From the human T2T-CHM13v2.0 reference genome, Homo sapiens: DNA of 64,000 nucleotides. How positions within the stretch are numbered: the stretch's first letter is position 1; each line of letters opens with the position of its first letter. The notes beneath the pieces are model-generated. The model was given only the letters and a program-made list of their open reading frames with translations. It had not been told where the DNA came from and did no database searches. Positions 1 to 16,355 of the stretch are shown here, piece by piece. The DNA lies in the NCBI RefSeq assembly GCF_009914755.1, contig NC_060941.1; one strand, written 5' to 3'. Made by a program: the position numbers and the translations under genes.

Positions 1-164
1 GGACTATAGGTGCCTGCCACCATGCCTGGCTAATTTTTGTATTTTTAGCAGAGATGGGGTTTCACCATATTGGCCAGGCTGGTCTCGAACTCCTGACCTT
101 GTGATCTGCCTGCCTTGGCCTCTCAAAGTGCTGGGATTACAGGCGTGAGCCACCGCGCCCAGCC
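1..164 (-). mobile_element. Alu (partial, at the window edge)
   Basis: Alu left arm and linker, reverse complement. Confidence 0.95.
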
Positions 165-3100
165 GTTTTTAATTCAACATTTTAAACTCAGGGTTAGATT
201 CCACCAACAAAATCATCTTGTGGGTAAAAGAGAAACACTTTGGGAAATTCATTAAATGATTTGAGCCACACTAATAATGTATGATTTCACTCAATAATCA
301 AGACCCGAAAAAACTCTATTTTAAGAGTATTTTCTTGTTGATCAAAGCAGAAACCAGAGAAAGGCAGAAAATGCGAAGAGAAGACTCCAGCAGCTCCTTG
401 AAATGGGCGGCGCGCCTCACTGGAAGACCTAATATTGCTTCTAAATCTCAAGTGCCCTTCCTCCAGCCACAGTTTCAGGGTAAAGATTAGCTTTGTTTAT
501 TCTTGCACTGTAAATTCTTCTATCTGAGATGTCAGGAGACCCTGGTTAGGATTGCTGGGGGGCATTTAAATTCATTACTTGGTTCTAGAAGCCTGAAAAG
601 TATTTTCTTCTAACACCTAATTTACTAATCTATAACAATGTATTTAAACAGTCAGAAATTAGATGAGTTCCAGACTGAAATCTGTGAGGACATATTCGCA
701 TAGCTTTAAGAGAGAAAATGCAACGTGTCGTCTATCTCATCATGAAACTGCCACCAACAGTTTCATAGAAGGAATGGCATCGCTTGGTACCGAATCCTTA
801 ACTGGCCCTTCTAGGGGATAATCTAGGAGACGGGGCCATAAGATTTTTATGTTTTTCAAATCTGTGCATGGGCCAAAATACTAGTGTTACTAAATTTACT
901 TTCAAGTATTTAAGCTAGATCTTCAGAAATTCATTCTAGTTAATATAGCTGGAAACCAAAAAAGGGGGAAGAAACCTATTTAATGTTAATTTCAACAGCC
1001 AGATGCTGATGACTGAGAGCAGCATCACGCGCTCCTCATGAAAGGTATCCAGTGCCCAGCACTGTGTGAGGCATGGAGCAGGTTCTCAATACTCATTTAA
1101 ATAAGGTAAGACAATTCCACCCTCATATAGATGAAAATGTCACTGTTATAAACAATTTGGAAACAAATATATTTAACTATTATGAATTCGCAGAAACGAT
1201 CTTCACATCAGTCTGTCTCCATAATATCCCTGTTACGTGGTACTGTAATAACAAGTTTACAGTGGTTACATAACTAGTTGCTAGAACCGATCTGCTAATT
1301 ACTCTAGCATTGGGAAATTTTTAGAAAAACCCCAGGAAGTTAAGAGGTTGACAGGAAGCACATGATTTAAGGAGAAAGCAATCTTCTTTATCCCAAGCAC
1401 TAGTCTCAAGCCAAACTTGAATGTCTCCCTTATTTCCATCTACCTTCCTATCCCTTTCGGCCAGGCCATCTAAGGCGCTGGGCAGACAGGAAGCCCCTCT
1501 TTGCCTACAGCTTCCACTGTGCTCTGCGCTCGCTTTCTCCCGTTGTGGGGTCCCATGTCCCCAACTCATGCTGAGACTGGGCAGCCTGGCACCACGGCCT
1601 ATCAGCTGTACCTTGGGACACTATGAGCGATACTAGACTTATGTTAAGTAAAGCCAAGGAAATAAACATTTATCGGGTTTCTCTGTTGTTCTGTAATTAC
1701 AGCAGCAGCTGCTGCAGATGCAGCCACGGCAATGGCAACTCTACAACACCACACATTCAGGCACTCCCCATGTGCCACGCATTCAGGTTCACGTTGCCTC
1801 AGTTGATACTCACAGTAACCCTGAGAACTAAATGTTGCTGTCCGCACTTGTCCTCAGGAACTCAAACTGCAGTACCCAAGCGCTGCTTCTCCTCGGTGAG
1901 TTTCCAACTATTGCTAACACTCAAGACCAAAAAACAGGGAGGAGGAGAATATAATGCAACAACAAAAACCTTCATCCATTGAAAGCGAGAACAATTTAAA
2001 CACGTAAACTATGTCAGACCTAAACCACAGATTCTAAAATGGGACTTGAGATGGAGGTTATGATCAATGGATGTAATCTATATGGAGATTAAATGGGTAC
2101 CATCTTATCAGTCATGATACTTGACTCTACCTGGACTTCTCAGGTTTTCCCCAATTTTTGCTCTGCTAGTACACTCTTCCGGACCTGTCAGCTGCAATCT
2201 AGCACACATGGAGGTTCAAAGAGCCTAACTGGTGCTGTTCTATGAAGGAAATTGCAGGTGCAGGTATAAACTAGCATTAGTGAAAACGATACATAATTGT
2301 ACCTCCAACATGCTTTGGATCAGGTCTAAAGCCTTTGATAGTCTCAATTACCCTATTACCCATCACCCCTTTAGTCCAAAAGCCCTGCCTGTAGCTTTCA
2401 GGTTACAACCCCTTTTTGCTGGTTCACTCTGCTTGCATCTTCCACTACTGGTTTATCTCTGAGGTCCAGACTTTCAAAATATACTTGGAAGAAAACAGTC
2501 CTTGACTTTATAGCAGAAACTTATATGACCTCCATATTTGCCTCTAGGAATCCTATTCTCCCCTGTTCCTTTCTCTTCTGTACTTGTCCTGTGATTTTTC
2601 TGCAAATCTCTCTTTATTCCAGTCCCAGAAGCCTGCATGCTCTTCATAATGATATTTTCCCATCATTACACATGTACTTAAGCACATGGGTCCTATCAGC
2701 TTTGTGTCACCTGCTTTAGAGAGGTGCTTACCATATGTCAGCACGTCACAGGCAATCACAATTTGGATCCCTAGAAACTCCTTCATCCATTGTCTTCCAA
2801 GAAATCACTGGAAATATTAAAGTCCTACATTTTCGTTTTAAAATCCCTTAGCCCTCTCTGGGGTGGTGGTCTTGAATCCATAAGCGCATTAAAGAGAAAA
2901 CGATTTTGCTGTAAACTATTACACACAATCTCAAAGAACATATTTGGCCTTGGTAGATGGATGGGCTTCCAAGGAGAAGCAGAGATTGAGATCCTTGGTA
3001 CTTGGTTCAGCTAAGTAACTCAACCAAAGGACACCTCACAGAGAGAGACAGAACCGGGAACATTTTCAGTGCCAAGGTGAGGGTACAGTGAGGGGAATGA

Positions 3101-4696
3101 GCCTCCCCGCTGCTCATTCACTAGCATGAAGTCATCTAAGAGAGGCTCTGGGCTGGATGCTGCTGGTACAGCAAAATGCCTGGTGTATACACCCCAAAGA
3201 TCATGCTCCCACAGGAAAGAGTGTCCGTGCTTTAGGTGGTCACAGTGGGAATGGAAGGCGAAGCTGCTGGGGCTGAAAATGGGTGTGGGGTCGCCACCCC
3301 CTATCCATCCATCAGCTCTCTCTCAGCGACTTAGTGATGTTTTGCCTCCTCTGTGCCAGGTGCTGCAGAAATGACAGTGAGCAAAGCCAGGCACTGACCC
3401 TGCCCTCAAAGAGCTCACAGCCTGAAATTCTCTTATGAGGTTAGAAATCCAAAGGGAATTCATCTAAAGAGGGCACTCACTTTAGGAGAAAGTCCAAAAG
3501 ATCAAGCACTAACCTTTAATAAAGCACAAGTCCCAGGTTATAGCTGAAAACTACCTCCAAGCTTCCCCCGTCCATTTCAACACTGTCAGCATTCCCCAAC
3601 GCCAAAGAGGACTGAATTTAGAGATCTCTTCCTTTGGAGTTCCGTAGAATTTTCATTCCTGCTTATGCTGTCTCTAGCATAATCTTTTCTCTCCTCCCAC
3701 TCCATACTTGCAGTCTACTTCTTTCATAGTATGTGAACTAGAGGTGATGGCAGGAATTTTGAGTTGGATTAAAATAGGCATGGCCCTTTAACATTTTAAA
3801 TATAACTTTTGAGATGGATTTGGATCTCAGCATTATCATGTTCCAAAAATCATAAAGGAAATTTCATAAGATAAATTTATCTTTGAGTTTCGCTACTTGC
3901 CAGTTTCACTAAACATTCGGAAGGCTGGGTGGGCTTCATTTTATATTGGGCTTTTGGAGACTCTGTAGCTGTAGTTAGGCTGTATTGTAATACAGGGCTG
4001 AGGATTCAGATCACAAAGCCCAAACATTTGGAGCTCAATTTAAGGTTCAATGTATAATTCTGACAACATTCCACTCTATTTTAGTCTCAACTTGCACATA
4101 TCAGGCCTTGTAGATAGTTTCAGGGCCTCTGGTTGAAAAGAAAAGGCCAAGTAGCCAGATAGGCACACAAATTCCAAACAAAAGGTATAATGATGAGACC
4201 AACACACCTGAGGTAGCTATGTAATTATTTGTCTACAAAATGTGTCTTAAATACAAGAAAAAAATCCTCCTTGGAATTCCTCAGAGTTGAAAATTTAAAG
4301 GTGACTCAAAAGCAAAGGAGATGTCATTTAGCAGATCAGTTCTTAACAATTTCCTTAGAGGACTGTGTATCACAATGGCACTATTGGAAAAGGTAGTGGC
4401 ATACCTTTTAATATGCGGTGCTATAAGTGCTATGCATAAAATAAGAAGCAATGTGTAGGCAGTAGCAATTAAATTGCTTATGCACTCAAACATTTGCCTT
4501 GAAGTATAATAAAACTGAGCATGAAATGAAAGGTTCATGCAGGCCTATGAGCAAAACAAAAACAGAAACCCAAAGCCCACCCCAGCCCCCAGTCTACCCC
4601 CGCCCTCCCCGGCCACCCTGCCAGTCCCCCCACACGTTTTTCCTGTGGGCTTAAAACCCTTCTGTTTTGGAAGACCTACAGGCTTTATACATTCAC

Positions 4697-4759
4697 CTGG
4701 TGGCTCATGAAGACCAGAAACACTGTCATAGAAAGAAGCTCTCTGAATATTCTGAATCT
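4697..4759 (-). CDS. MYH10: MYH10 alternative exon B2 (loop 2 insert), (E)IQNIQRASFYDSVSGLHEPP
   Basis: 63 nt, ctttag|AG ATT CAG AAT...CCA CCA G|gtgaat; symmetrical phase 1; matches the known 21-aa insert. Confidence 0.95.
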
Positions 4760-5616
4760 CTAAAGCAGAGAAACAGCAAAAACAGGACAGAAGAGCAAAT
4801 ACACAAACACTTCAGTTAGTGTGAAAGACATTTGACAGCACAAGTCAACTTTGAAATCGGGCTACAAAAGGAGCTAGTCCAAGGCAGATCCCATGCAAAC
4901 ATGACTGTTTAGAGAATTTGCACATTTGGATAAAGTTCTTTATAAAATAGATTAATGCTAAATCAAAAGAGCACATTCCCAACTCCCGGTGTGAGCATTA
5001 TATGATATCAATGTCAAATGATTAGCCCATGTAAATGCAAGATGACATTTATGAGGAATAAGGCACTATTTGAGTTGTCTATCGTAAAAATATCTTATCG
5101 TTAGTAGCTTAGGGCATGACTGCAGTGAAGTCACAGCACTATGGCGAATGTAAGTATCAATGGCTTTTACTGTCAAAAATTACGCTGCTGTGTAATTAAT
5201 TTTACTTCTAATACAGATTTTCGGAAATATAATTTCCGAAAAATAATTTGAATACAAATTACCATATGACAGATAACTACCATTAAGGAAAACAAAATTC
5301 AAGTTCTGTTGTAGCAAAATGTTAAAATAATTTTGAATTATAAGCGAGATTATACTTATTGATCATACTGTTACTCATGAAAATATCCTAGGAGGTACAT
5401 TGACATGAAAATGCAATCTTTAGGATTTTTTTTTTTCCTCAATATAAGCTTTAAGAAGTGCCAAGAAGTCCTTTGCAGCTGGTAAAGAGATCCCAAACAA
5501 CATCTTTTAGCAAAAAGTAGGGCATTATAAATCTCTAGGGCAGGGCTGCCACCAATAAATCTTATTTCTCCTGGTTTGGCCTTGAGAAAACTCTAAAACT
5601 CTAACACAAACTCTAC

Positions 5617-5765
5617 TTTTTTTCTTTTTCTTTTTTTTTTTTTTCAGTTGAGACAGGGTCTCGCTGTGTTGCCCAGGCTGGTCTTAAACTCCTGGGGTCA
5701 AGCGATCCTTCTGCCTCAGCCTCCCAAACTGCTGGGATTACAGGCGTGAGCCACCGTGCCCAGCC
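5617..5765 (-). mobile_element. Alu monomer (FLAM-like)
   Basis: Poly(T) plus a single left monomer, flanked by AAACTCTA repeats. Confidence 0.85.
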
Positions 5766-8700
5766 ATAAACTCTATTTTAACACAAAATGTTTCATACTG
5801 TAGGTGTTGTACCTTCACAGGCAAACTATATTCATATATCATATATTCATCTATTCATGTTCAACTTGTCGTTTTCTGCTTTTGCATTTAAGTGGCTCTA
5901 AAAAGAGGAAAATAATGTTTTTCCAGGGTTATTTTTCTAGAGAAAAATTGCTCCCCTTATCCTGCGATCTCTCTATCCAGAGTGAGCAGTGATAAATCCT
6001 CCACCTTAGAACCCTCTTTAACCTTCTGTGCCTGCCACTGCTTTCTGTATGAAACAAACTGTCCTCAAAATTGGACAAACATGGTACTGCTTCTCTGCCT
6101 GCTCCTCACCCTGAAGAACAGTGCCTCCCAACAGTGAGTGGCCTCTGAGATCTTCTCCGTCACTCAGATGAAACTAACTGTCCACCTAAGCTGAAGAGCG
6201 ACAGCACCTCCTGCTAAGAGCAGCATTATCAGGAGAGCAAACATGTAGGAGTATTCCAGAGCAGAGGCTAGCAGAGCCAAAGCAAACCTGGGGTAGATAA
6301 GATATCCCTTGGCTTATTTTGACAAGAATGGCCAAATGCACTCCCAACGGCATATCTCTGGAAAGACAAGGGCCATAAATAGGGCTGTGCAAACATGGCA
6401 TCTGTGAGTCAGAGCTGTGGACTAAGTACAGATGAATGGGGCTCACACCAGGGCTGAAGGAGCTCAGCAAGGCTTACAGTTTCCTCTAAGCATTTCTGTA
6501 ATGAAATCAATAACTTTCCCGTATCTCTTAAATGGAAGACACAAAAGTGCAGGTAAGGAGTCTCCAGACAGGGTCCTACCTGTAAGACATAGCATCTGTG
6601 ATCTGTAATTTGTATGACATCCCAGCCTCCCACCTCCATCCTTGCCCACCAAATCTTATATACCTACAGCTTCTGACCTATTGTTGCCAAAGCCCTCTCC
6701 AGTATCTGGGGCTGGTGAGACCTTAAATTAAAGAAGAAAGGAAGGAGGAAGTAGGAAGCTGGGAGCCAAGAAAAAGATTAGCTCAGTTCTAGTAATGCAT
6801 CTGTGTATATCCTGGTTTCTCAACTGGATCACTAGCTCTTGGGAGGCAGGGGACATGTCTCTCATTGCTTCCAGATCTAGCTCACAGATTATTGCCATGG
6901 GAAGCACATACTTAGGTATGTAGAATTATACAAATGGGTCAAGTGCTGAACAGGTGTTTCCAACACCATTTTTGGTTAAGGGATATAAGACAAGGACTAA
7001 AAAAGGGTTCATAGTGTCAGAATAAATATGTAATAAAGGACTTAATTTCCATGCTTATAATGTCAGTAGTCCCAATACCTGTTTTCCTTCAAAATGAAGA
7101 GAAAACCAGTTTTTGAGGCTTGTTTTCAAAAACCAGGAAAAACCCCATTTCCTCTGTTCCTGTTTCCCAGGCATCATCTCCACGCCCACTGTCATCTTCA
7201 GTCGCCCCATATTCAACTCCTCACTTCCAGGCTCTTTCACTCCAATCTACCCAAAACACACTGCCTGTTTCACTTCTTCGAATTCAGAATGGGTCACTAC
7301 CCAAGGTCACAAACCTACTGATGCTATTTATTCAGCACAGTCTCAAGTCCAAATTCCACTAGAGATGGGACATGAGGACTCTCCAGTCTAGCCTCAACCT
7401 ACCATCCCAGCCTCATTTCCTGCTCACTCTTCTCTGCCCCAGCCCTCTCTAAAGCCAAATGGAACACTCCTCCTGAGCTATGATTTTCCACCTCTCCACT
7501 GTGATCATTCTGTACTTCTTCTCCTGCCAACTTCATTTCTACAAATGCCACCCCAGACACTCACTCCTAGAGTCAGTTCATGCAAACCTTCTTACCCGTT
7601 TAAGGCATAACCGGGCCATAAATGCTCATAAATTAGTGCTGAAAACACTGTGTGGCACTTAGTAGGTGCTCAGGAGATGTTAGCTTTCATTGTTTAATCA
7701 ACAAATCATTATTCTCTTTTAAGGACAAGGAAAATTTGCATCCTCTCATCATGACATTTTTCCCTTAGCGCCCCAGAAAAAGGTAGTCCCTTCCTCTGTT
7801 GCACACCCCTAAAAATTCACTGTACCATTCCCATGGCATTTATCACAGATCCACTTTGCATACTGATCTCATTCCTTCTGCTGTGTTCTAAGACCTTACA
7901 AGGGTATCCAGAGGAGAAGCTGAACATGGGGAGACTTTGTAACCTACACAGTCTCCAACACTGTCACAGCTGAAGTGATTCCTGAAGGAATGCAAATCCT
8001 TACAACTGCAACATTACTCCTCCCTCTTCTTCCTCACATATTTCCCATCCACATTTCCAACTCACCAGCGCTGGCCTTTCTAGCACTGTAGACCCCGTAA
8101 CAACCACCTGAGCTCAGAGGTCTTTTTCTGTTCTCGTCTCAGTTTCTCATATCCCACTCTTAACACTGCCTGTCGACAAGGTGAAGAGGAGCTCAACTCT
8201 GAGGATACTGTAAGTTCTATTGCAGCTCCCTGCTTCTCTTCCCAGTCCTCACACAGCATCCCTCGACTGACTAGGTCACTGGAAGTGACACTGCACTCAG
8301 TAGTCAGTTGAAGACTTTCACCTAAAGGTACAAAGATTAAAGGCTTCTGTTTTACTTGTTGGAAAGCTCGTCTTTCCCCCAGGTCCCTCCCCTCTTTGCT
8401 ATGTCTCAGGCCCACAGTCTGCTCCCAGGACGCATGCGTGCCTGTGTTCAGTGCATCCCCCCCTGCAGCTCCCTCACACTGACTTGATCTGATGGACACA
8501 GTCATTCTTAAGATGATCTTTTATAGGGTCACATTCCCCCTAGTCACTTTCTCTGTGTCCATTCTTCAATTCCTGTCTCTTTCCTTTGGCCCCAATTGCC
8601 CTCAGCCTGCCTGCTTCCATTTGCCCTTCTCTGCTTCCATTCCTTTCCCTCTACCTCTAAGACAGCTAGATTACAAGGCTTAAGATGCTACAGAGAAAGC

Positions 8701-9414
8701 AGATGTGACCCAGGTTACTGAACAGGTCTGGCCTCAGGGTCAAGGTCTAGGCAGGGTTAGATCCAGGGCTAAGGTCCTGCATGGCCTGAAGCCAGGCAAA
8801 GAGGTGGAACAGAGCCAGGATGAAATGTAGCAGGTGAGCTGAGCTCTAGGAGAAGATACTGGTTCCTAAAATGCATAGAGACACAGAGACATTTTGATTT
8901 TCTGATACTAGTAAAATCTTCTAGTCTACAATAAAAATCACCAAAATTCTTCAACTGAGGTTCATATAACAAAAGAACTATGAGGACTGATGGAAAGAAG
9001 AGCAATTGATCTGTATGCAGGCAATTTGAGTTTATCCACCAGCCACTGGGTGTCGCGGCGGGTGCGGGTGGTGAGGAAGGACGGAGCTCAGCAGGCCTGA
9101 CACAGGGAAAATGGAATGAGCAGGCCTTCTCGGGTTTTGTGTTCCAGTGTTCCTGGATTACAACTGACTTGGGACTGTGGTGGCCTAAGTCATACGTGTA
9201 CGTCTTTGTGGCTCCGGGCCTAGAATGTTTCTGTACTCCTACAACATCTGACCAAGAAGGTAGCTGTCTCTGTATTCATTTCTTAACCCAAGTATTGTTA
9301 AAACGGATAAATTCCGATATAACGGCAGCCCTGCTCTAGGGAAAGAAAGATTTTAAAGTAAGAAGTTATATGTATCCATATATATGTAAAAGAACCATCT
9401 ATAAACCTTAATTA

Positions 9415-10030
<616 letters not shown>

Positions 10031-10555
10031 TCACAAGTTTTGCATGCCACTTTAATACTACTGAGTCTGGCACTTAAACTTCTAAAACAATTAGTTTTAT
10101 GAAGATCCATGGAAAACAAATTGCTAGGATGGAAAGGAATGTCTAAGCCATAACAAGTTTATAATTCAAACACTGACATCTCAAACTGCTAAATAAGTAC
10201 TAACAAGAAAACAGAGGAGTAACTTATCTCAAACTTACAAATACTGTATGTAAATTGCAAGTAAATGAATTCCAAGCAGATGGCCCCACAAAAGTGGCAA
10301 ATAAAAGAAGCCAGAAACGCAGTGGGAAGTGGAGAGATGAAACTGAATGTTCATGTTCAGTGACTGGCTGGAGAAATCATTATAACACCTCAACTAATGA
10401 GAATGCTTCAAACATTTTATATCCTAATCAGTTTAAGTTTCTGTTTAAGTAATTTTAAATTAAATGTATCACTTTATATTTGGCGAAATATTTTAAACTA
10501 TTATTAAGTAGAATATATGGAAATTGATAAACTAAGTCAGTCATCAATTGCCTTA

Positions 10556-11125
<570 letters not shown>

Positions 11126-12269
11126 GGCCTAGAGCTCACCATTGTCTGGAGTGACTTCCTTTTTGGAGGTAAATGACACATGAAAGCTAAATAAGATATT
11201 TAAACAGTGATGGTCTATTTTCTAGTGCTTCTGGGCCATCATTTATTGTCACACTGCAAATATGGCAAGTGTGTGATACAAAACTGAACTCGTACCAGTT
11301 CTAGGGCACACTCATGAAATCAGCTGTTTGAGTAAGACTCTAAGATCAGTTCTCATCAACTCACAAAGCTTTCATATTTACTGGCAAAGAGTTGGCAATA
11401 CACACAAATGCTGTTTTTAAAAGTAGCTAGAGGCTATGGTTAAATATAAATGAAACAGTGTAATAAAGTGGTCAGAGAAAGGGATGGGTGATCTGAATGC
11501 CAGCGGATGGAAGCTGAGGGAACCCTTCTGCAATGGAGACCCTTACCCCAGGGCTCCTCCACCTGAAAGAATTGTCAGGGTTTCAGATCAGCTAAAAAGA
11601 AGACAGTAATCTGAAGCAACTGGGATTAGGTCACTTTAGAGGAGCTCAGAGTGGCAGGTAACTCAATCCACCCTAATCACACAACAACTGTGAGAAAGGA
11701 AGTTCCACATTAATATTAATATAACAAAAACATCCTCCTTTTACCCTTTTACATTCTTAACCACTTTTAATGAGAATTTTCCTAAATTCTGACACAGTAT
11801 CTCAAATAAAAATTTGTATTTTTTTCTAAATGACTTGGTGACAGCATGATCATGAATATCATTACTGTGTCTCCTTTTCATTTTTTCCACTTCATCCTTC
11901 AATGTCAAGATCTCTATTATCATTCCTTCTCTGAACCGGGTATTTCCAAGAGCTGTAAGCTTAGAAGCCTGTGTTTCTGAATATTGGTCATAGGTTTTGT
12001 GAAAGCTTGTGAACTCAGAGGCTTGCCTGCCACCAGCCCACAGTCTGGCAAGGCAGGGGCTGGGATTATGCGAGATGAGCTAAGCCTGGCACGGGCCTGT
12101 CAGGTGCCACCACAGAGGATGTTTTTACAGCATTTTCCTTCTAGAAAGTATTGTTTTCACTCTCCATTTTGCAAGGAACATCAATGGGATCATTATCCCA
12201 TGTCATTCCACAGGCTGTCGTTAAATTCCCCATCATCATAAACTCTCATGGGGTTTACAAAATGTTATG

Positions 12270-12618
<349 letters not shown>

Positions 12619-12909
12619 TAAGTAGAATAATCCTCAAATTGAGGTAAAGAGTGAGTCAGCATTAAATCTTGAATTCCTTCCCTCCCCTTTCTGAGCTATC
12701 TCTCCTATAAATTAGGACTATTTAGGCAGGGAATAAAGGGTCCACTCTAAAGGCTGAAGGAAGAGCCTAGAAGTGCCAGTACAAAGAGGATAGGAAGGAA
12801 AGAAGGAACGAGTTACCTAGTTCTACTCATTGCCCGTCAGTGTCTGGGCATAACTGGTGACTAGGAACATCATGACTTCCCAGCTCCAATACTTTCTGAA
12901 TGCCCTGGC

Positions 12910-13326
12910 TGCTGTGGTTTCAATGTGTTCCCTGAAAGTTCACATGTTGGAAACCTGGTTCCTAATGCAGCCGTGTTGAGAGATAAGACCTTTGGGAGGT
13001 AACTGGGTCATGGGGCTCTTTCCTAGTAAATGGATTAATTCATTCATGGATCAATGGGTTGTTGAGGAGGTGGGTTAGTTATCATGAGAGCGGGTCTGTC
13101 ATAAAAAAGCCAGTTTGGCCATTTCTTATGAGCCCCCCCAACATGTGATGCCCTGTGCCACCTTAGGACTCTGCCAAGAGTCCCCACCAGCAAGAATACC
13201 CTCATCCAATGCAGCTCCTAGACCTGGGACTTCCCAGCCTATAGACTACAAGAAATCAATTTCTTTTCTTTATAAATTACTCCATCTTACTTATTCTGTT
13301 ATAGTAACGGAAAACAGACTAGGACA
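12910..13326 (+). mobile_element. MaLR solo LTR (MST-like)
   Basis: TGCTGTGGTTTCAATGTG...TATTCTGTTATAGTAACGGAAAACAGACTAGGACA termini. Confidence 0.8.
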
Positions 13327-13667
13327 CTCGCCAAATAACTTCCCTAAAATACCACTTTCAACGTGCTGTTCACCTGCTGATTTCTGACCATAAAACTCAT
13401 CCCTGGAATGCTCCCTGCACAGCATCCACGCCTGTAATACCTTCCACAACACTGCCAGCCTACTTTGTGGCCTTTGCCTTTTTCCGAATTCACAGAGCAT
13501 CAGTTAGAGTCATACCCAGGAACCAATGAGCTCACCACTATGTTGTGTTCTGTTTTCTGGCTTCAAGATCAGGTTCTTGAGGACCAAGGCCATGCTATAT
13601 ACTATCTCATATCCCCATGGCACCCCCAATCTGCATTTCCAGGCCATAATTGAGGATTTAATAAATT

Positions 13668-13963
13668 CTTTTCTTTTTTTTTGAGATGGGGTCTCACTCT
13701 GTCACTCAGGCTGGAAGGCAGTGGTGTGACCGTATCACTGTAGCCTCCAACTCAGGGCCTCAAAGGATCCTCCCGCCTCAGCCTCCTGAGTAGCTGGTAC
13801 TACAGGCACATGACACCATACCTGGCTAATTTTAAAACTTTCTTGTAGAGATGTAGTCTTACTATGTTGCCCAGGCTGGTCTCGAACTCCTGGTCTTAAG
13901 TGATCCTCTTGCCTCAGCTTTCCAAAGCACTGGGATTACAGGCATAAGCCACCACACCTGGTC
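13668..13963 (-). mobile_element. AluJ
   Basis: Diverged Alu dimer. Confidence 0.9.
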
Positions 13964-14032
13964 CAATAAATTGCTATCTGGATCTTATTCTACCACCACA
14001 ATATTTACACATAAGGCCTGGAAAATAATTAA

Positions 14033-14369
<337 letters not shown>

Positions 14370-16070
14370 TTCTACCTCACCTATTTTTGCTTGGAGTTGG
14401 TTATTAGGGTTGAAATGTTTAATTACTTTACCCCATGATTTTCACCTTTAGAGTACAATTATTGTGTGAGAGTAAAAAAAAAATATGCAAAAATGGTATA
14501 TAAAGTATTTTGTCCTAGAGGATAAAGCAAAAGAAATGCAATTAAGTAACATTAAGAAGAATTAATATTTGTGAGACTCATTTAAAGGTCACAAAACCAT
14601 TAGATTTAAAAACACTCTAAAAACATTTAAAAAATTAAGACAGGTAATTTTCCATTTGGAAGACTTTCGGCACAATTATTCCTATAAAGATACTGACCTA
14701 GCAAATTTTATGGGTTCTCGTCCATCCTAAAATAAAACTGCAGGTACATAATCATTATATTCTTAAAATGTAGGACTTCCAGTGTCATATGGACGCATAT
14801 AATGAGCATCTCAAAAAACATATCATATAGTCATCAATAGTACTAATGTGAAATACTCCCTTCCCTTATTTACATAAATGCCCAAACAATTCTTTAGGCA
14901 ACAAAGCAGTGATGAAATGTAATGAAGTGTGTTCATGTGCTTGTGTATGCACAAGTTACCTGGAAGTCACTACAAGCATGCCACCTCTAAATGACCCTAT
15001 AAGCTACAAAGAAGCAACTATCCTCACAACTATAAGTAATTTAAGATTTTTGCTCTAAACGTGACTTGAAAGGTAAAATGATTTCTTATGTATTATAAAA
15101 GCCAAATGAAAATTTTCTATTGCTTTCCTTAAACTCAAATTTCTAATGTGCTGGAACTACATCTCTAATAGGGGTGAATGTCTTCTAGGTTCTTCCTCTT
15201 CCCGATGTGCCACTGCTCCTCCTGACTGCAGGTACTGTACCATCCATGATCTCTAGCCATTAGACCTCCAACACCTTCAAACATGAAGAACACAAGTGGC
15301 AACCAGAGATTGAGCAGCAAGAACCAGAACTGCTTCAAAGCCTGCTGCACCTCCTAGGAGAAAACTCTGCGTTATTCAAACATACCTACTTAACTAGTGT
15401 TAGAGCTTCCTCTACGTTACAGATATCGGTGGTTAATCATGTTTTAGTTTTTCTTATATTTTGGCAGATAGCAAAATAAAATAAATGAAGCTGACACCTT
15501 GTTGAGCAAAAGCTAACTGATAAGGAGTACAGAACCAGATTGTCAACACTTGCTTGAGATCACATGGAGCTGAGTTCCAAAAGTGAATGAGTTATACACT
15601 CGAAGCTTGAACGTGAATGAGTTCTATGTATTTTTACAGAACATTAAACCACCAAGAAAAGAGTTTCTGATGCTTTCTAAGATTGCCACTAAAAATACAT
15701 CTGACAAGACTTCCCTGAGAACAAAAACTTCAAATTAAAAAAAAAAATCTGGCAAAATAAAAACATCTTTGTACTTTAAAAGGCCAAACTTTAGTTATCT
15801 GCAAAATGGATTTACGTGACACGTCTTGTTCTCAGCTAAATAAAGTGTCAGGTGGAGCTCCACATCCTTTGAAAGGTACACACAAATGCCAGCGCACAGG
15901 GCCATCTGCAGTCTGTGCGAGCCAGAGCCCACTATCCAGTATTCCCATGCAAGCAAGGACAGGAATCAAGCTGCGAGGAGAGCTAAAGAAGGGTTTTACT
16001 GGCATGCTACTGACTTTTAAATTCTGTAGCTATTTTATCAGAGTATCACCTTCCTAGAAAATTTAGATCA

Positions 16071-16355
<285 letters not shown>

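Noticed and set aside
5218-5242. 11-bp hairpin TTTTCGGAAAT-ata-ATTTCCGAAAA upstream of B2
   Set aside because: It is short and AT-rich, so there is too little evidence without conservation data.
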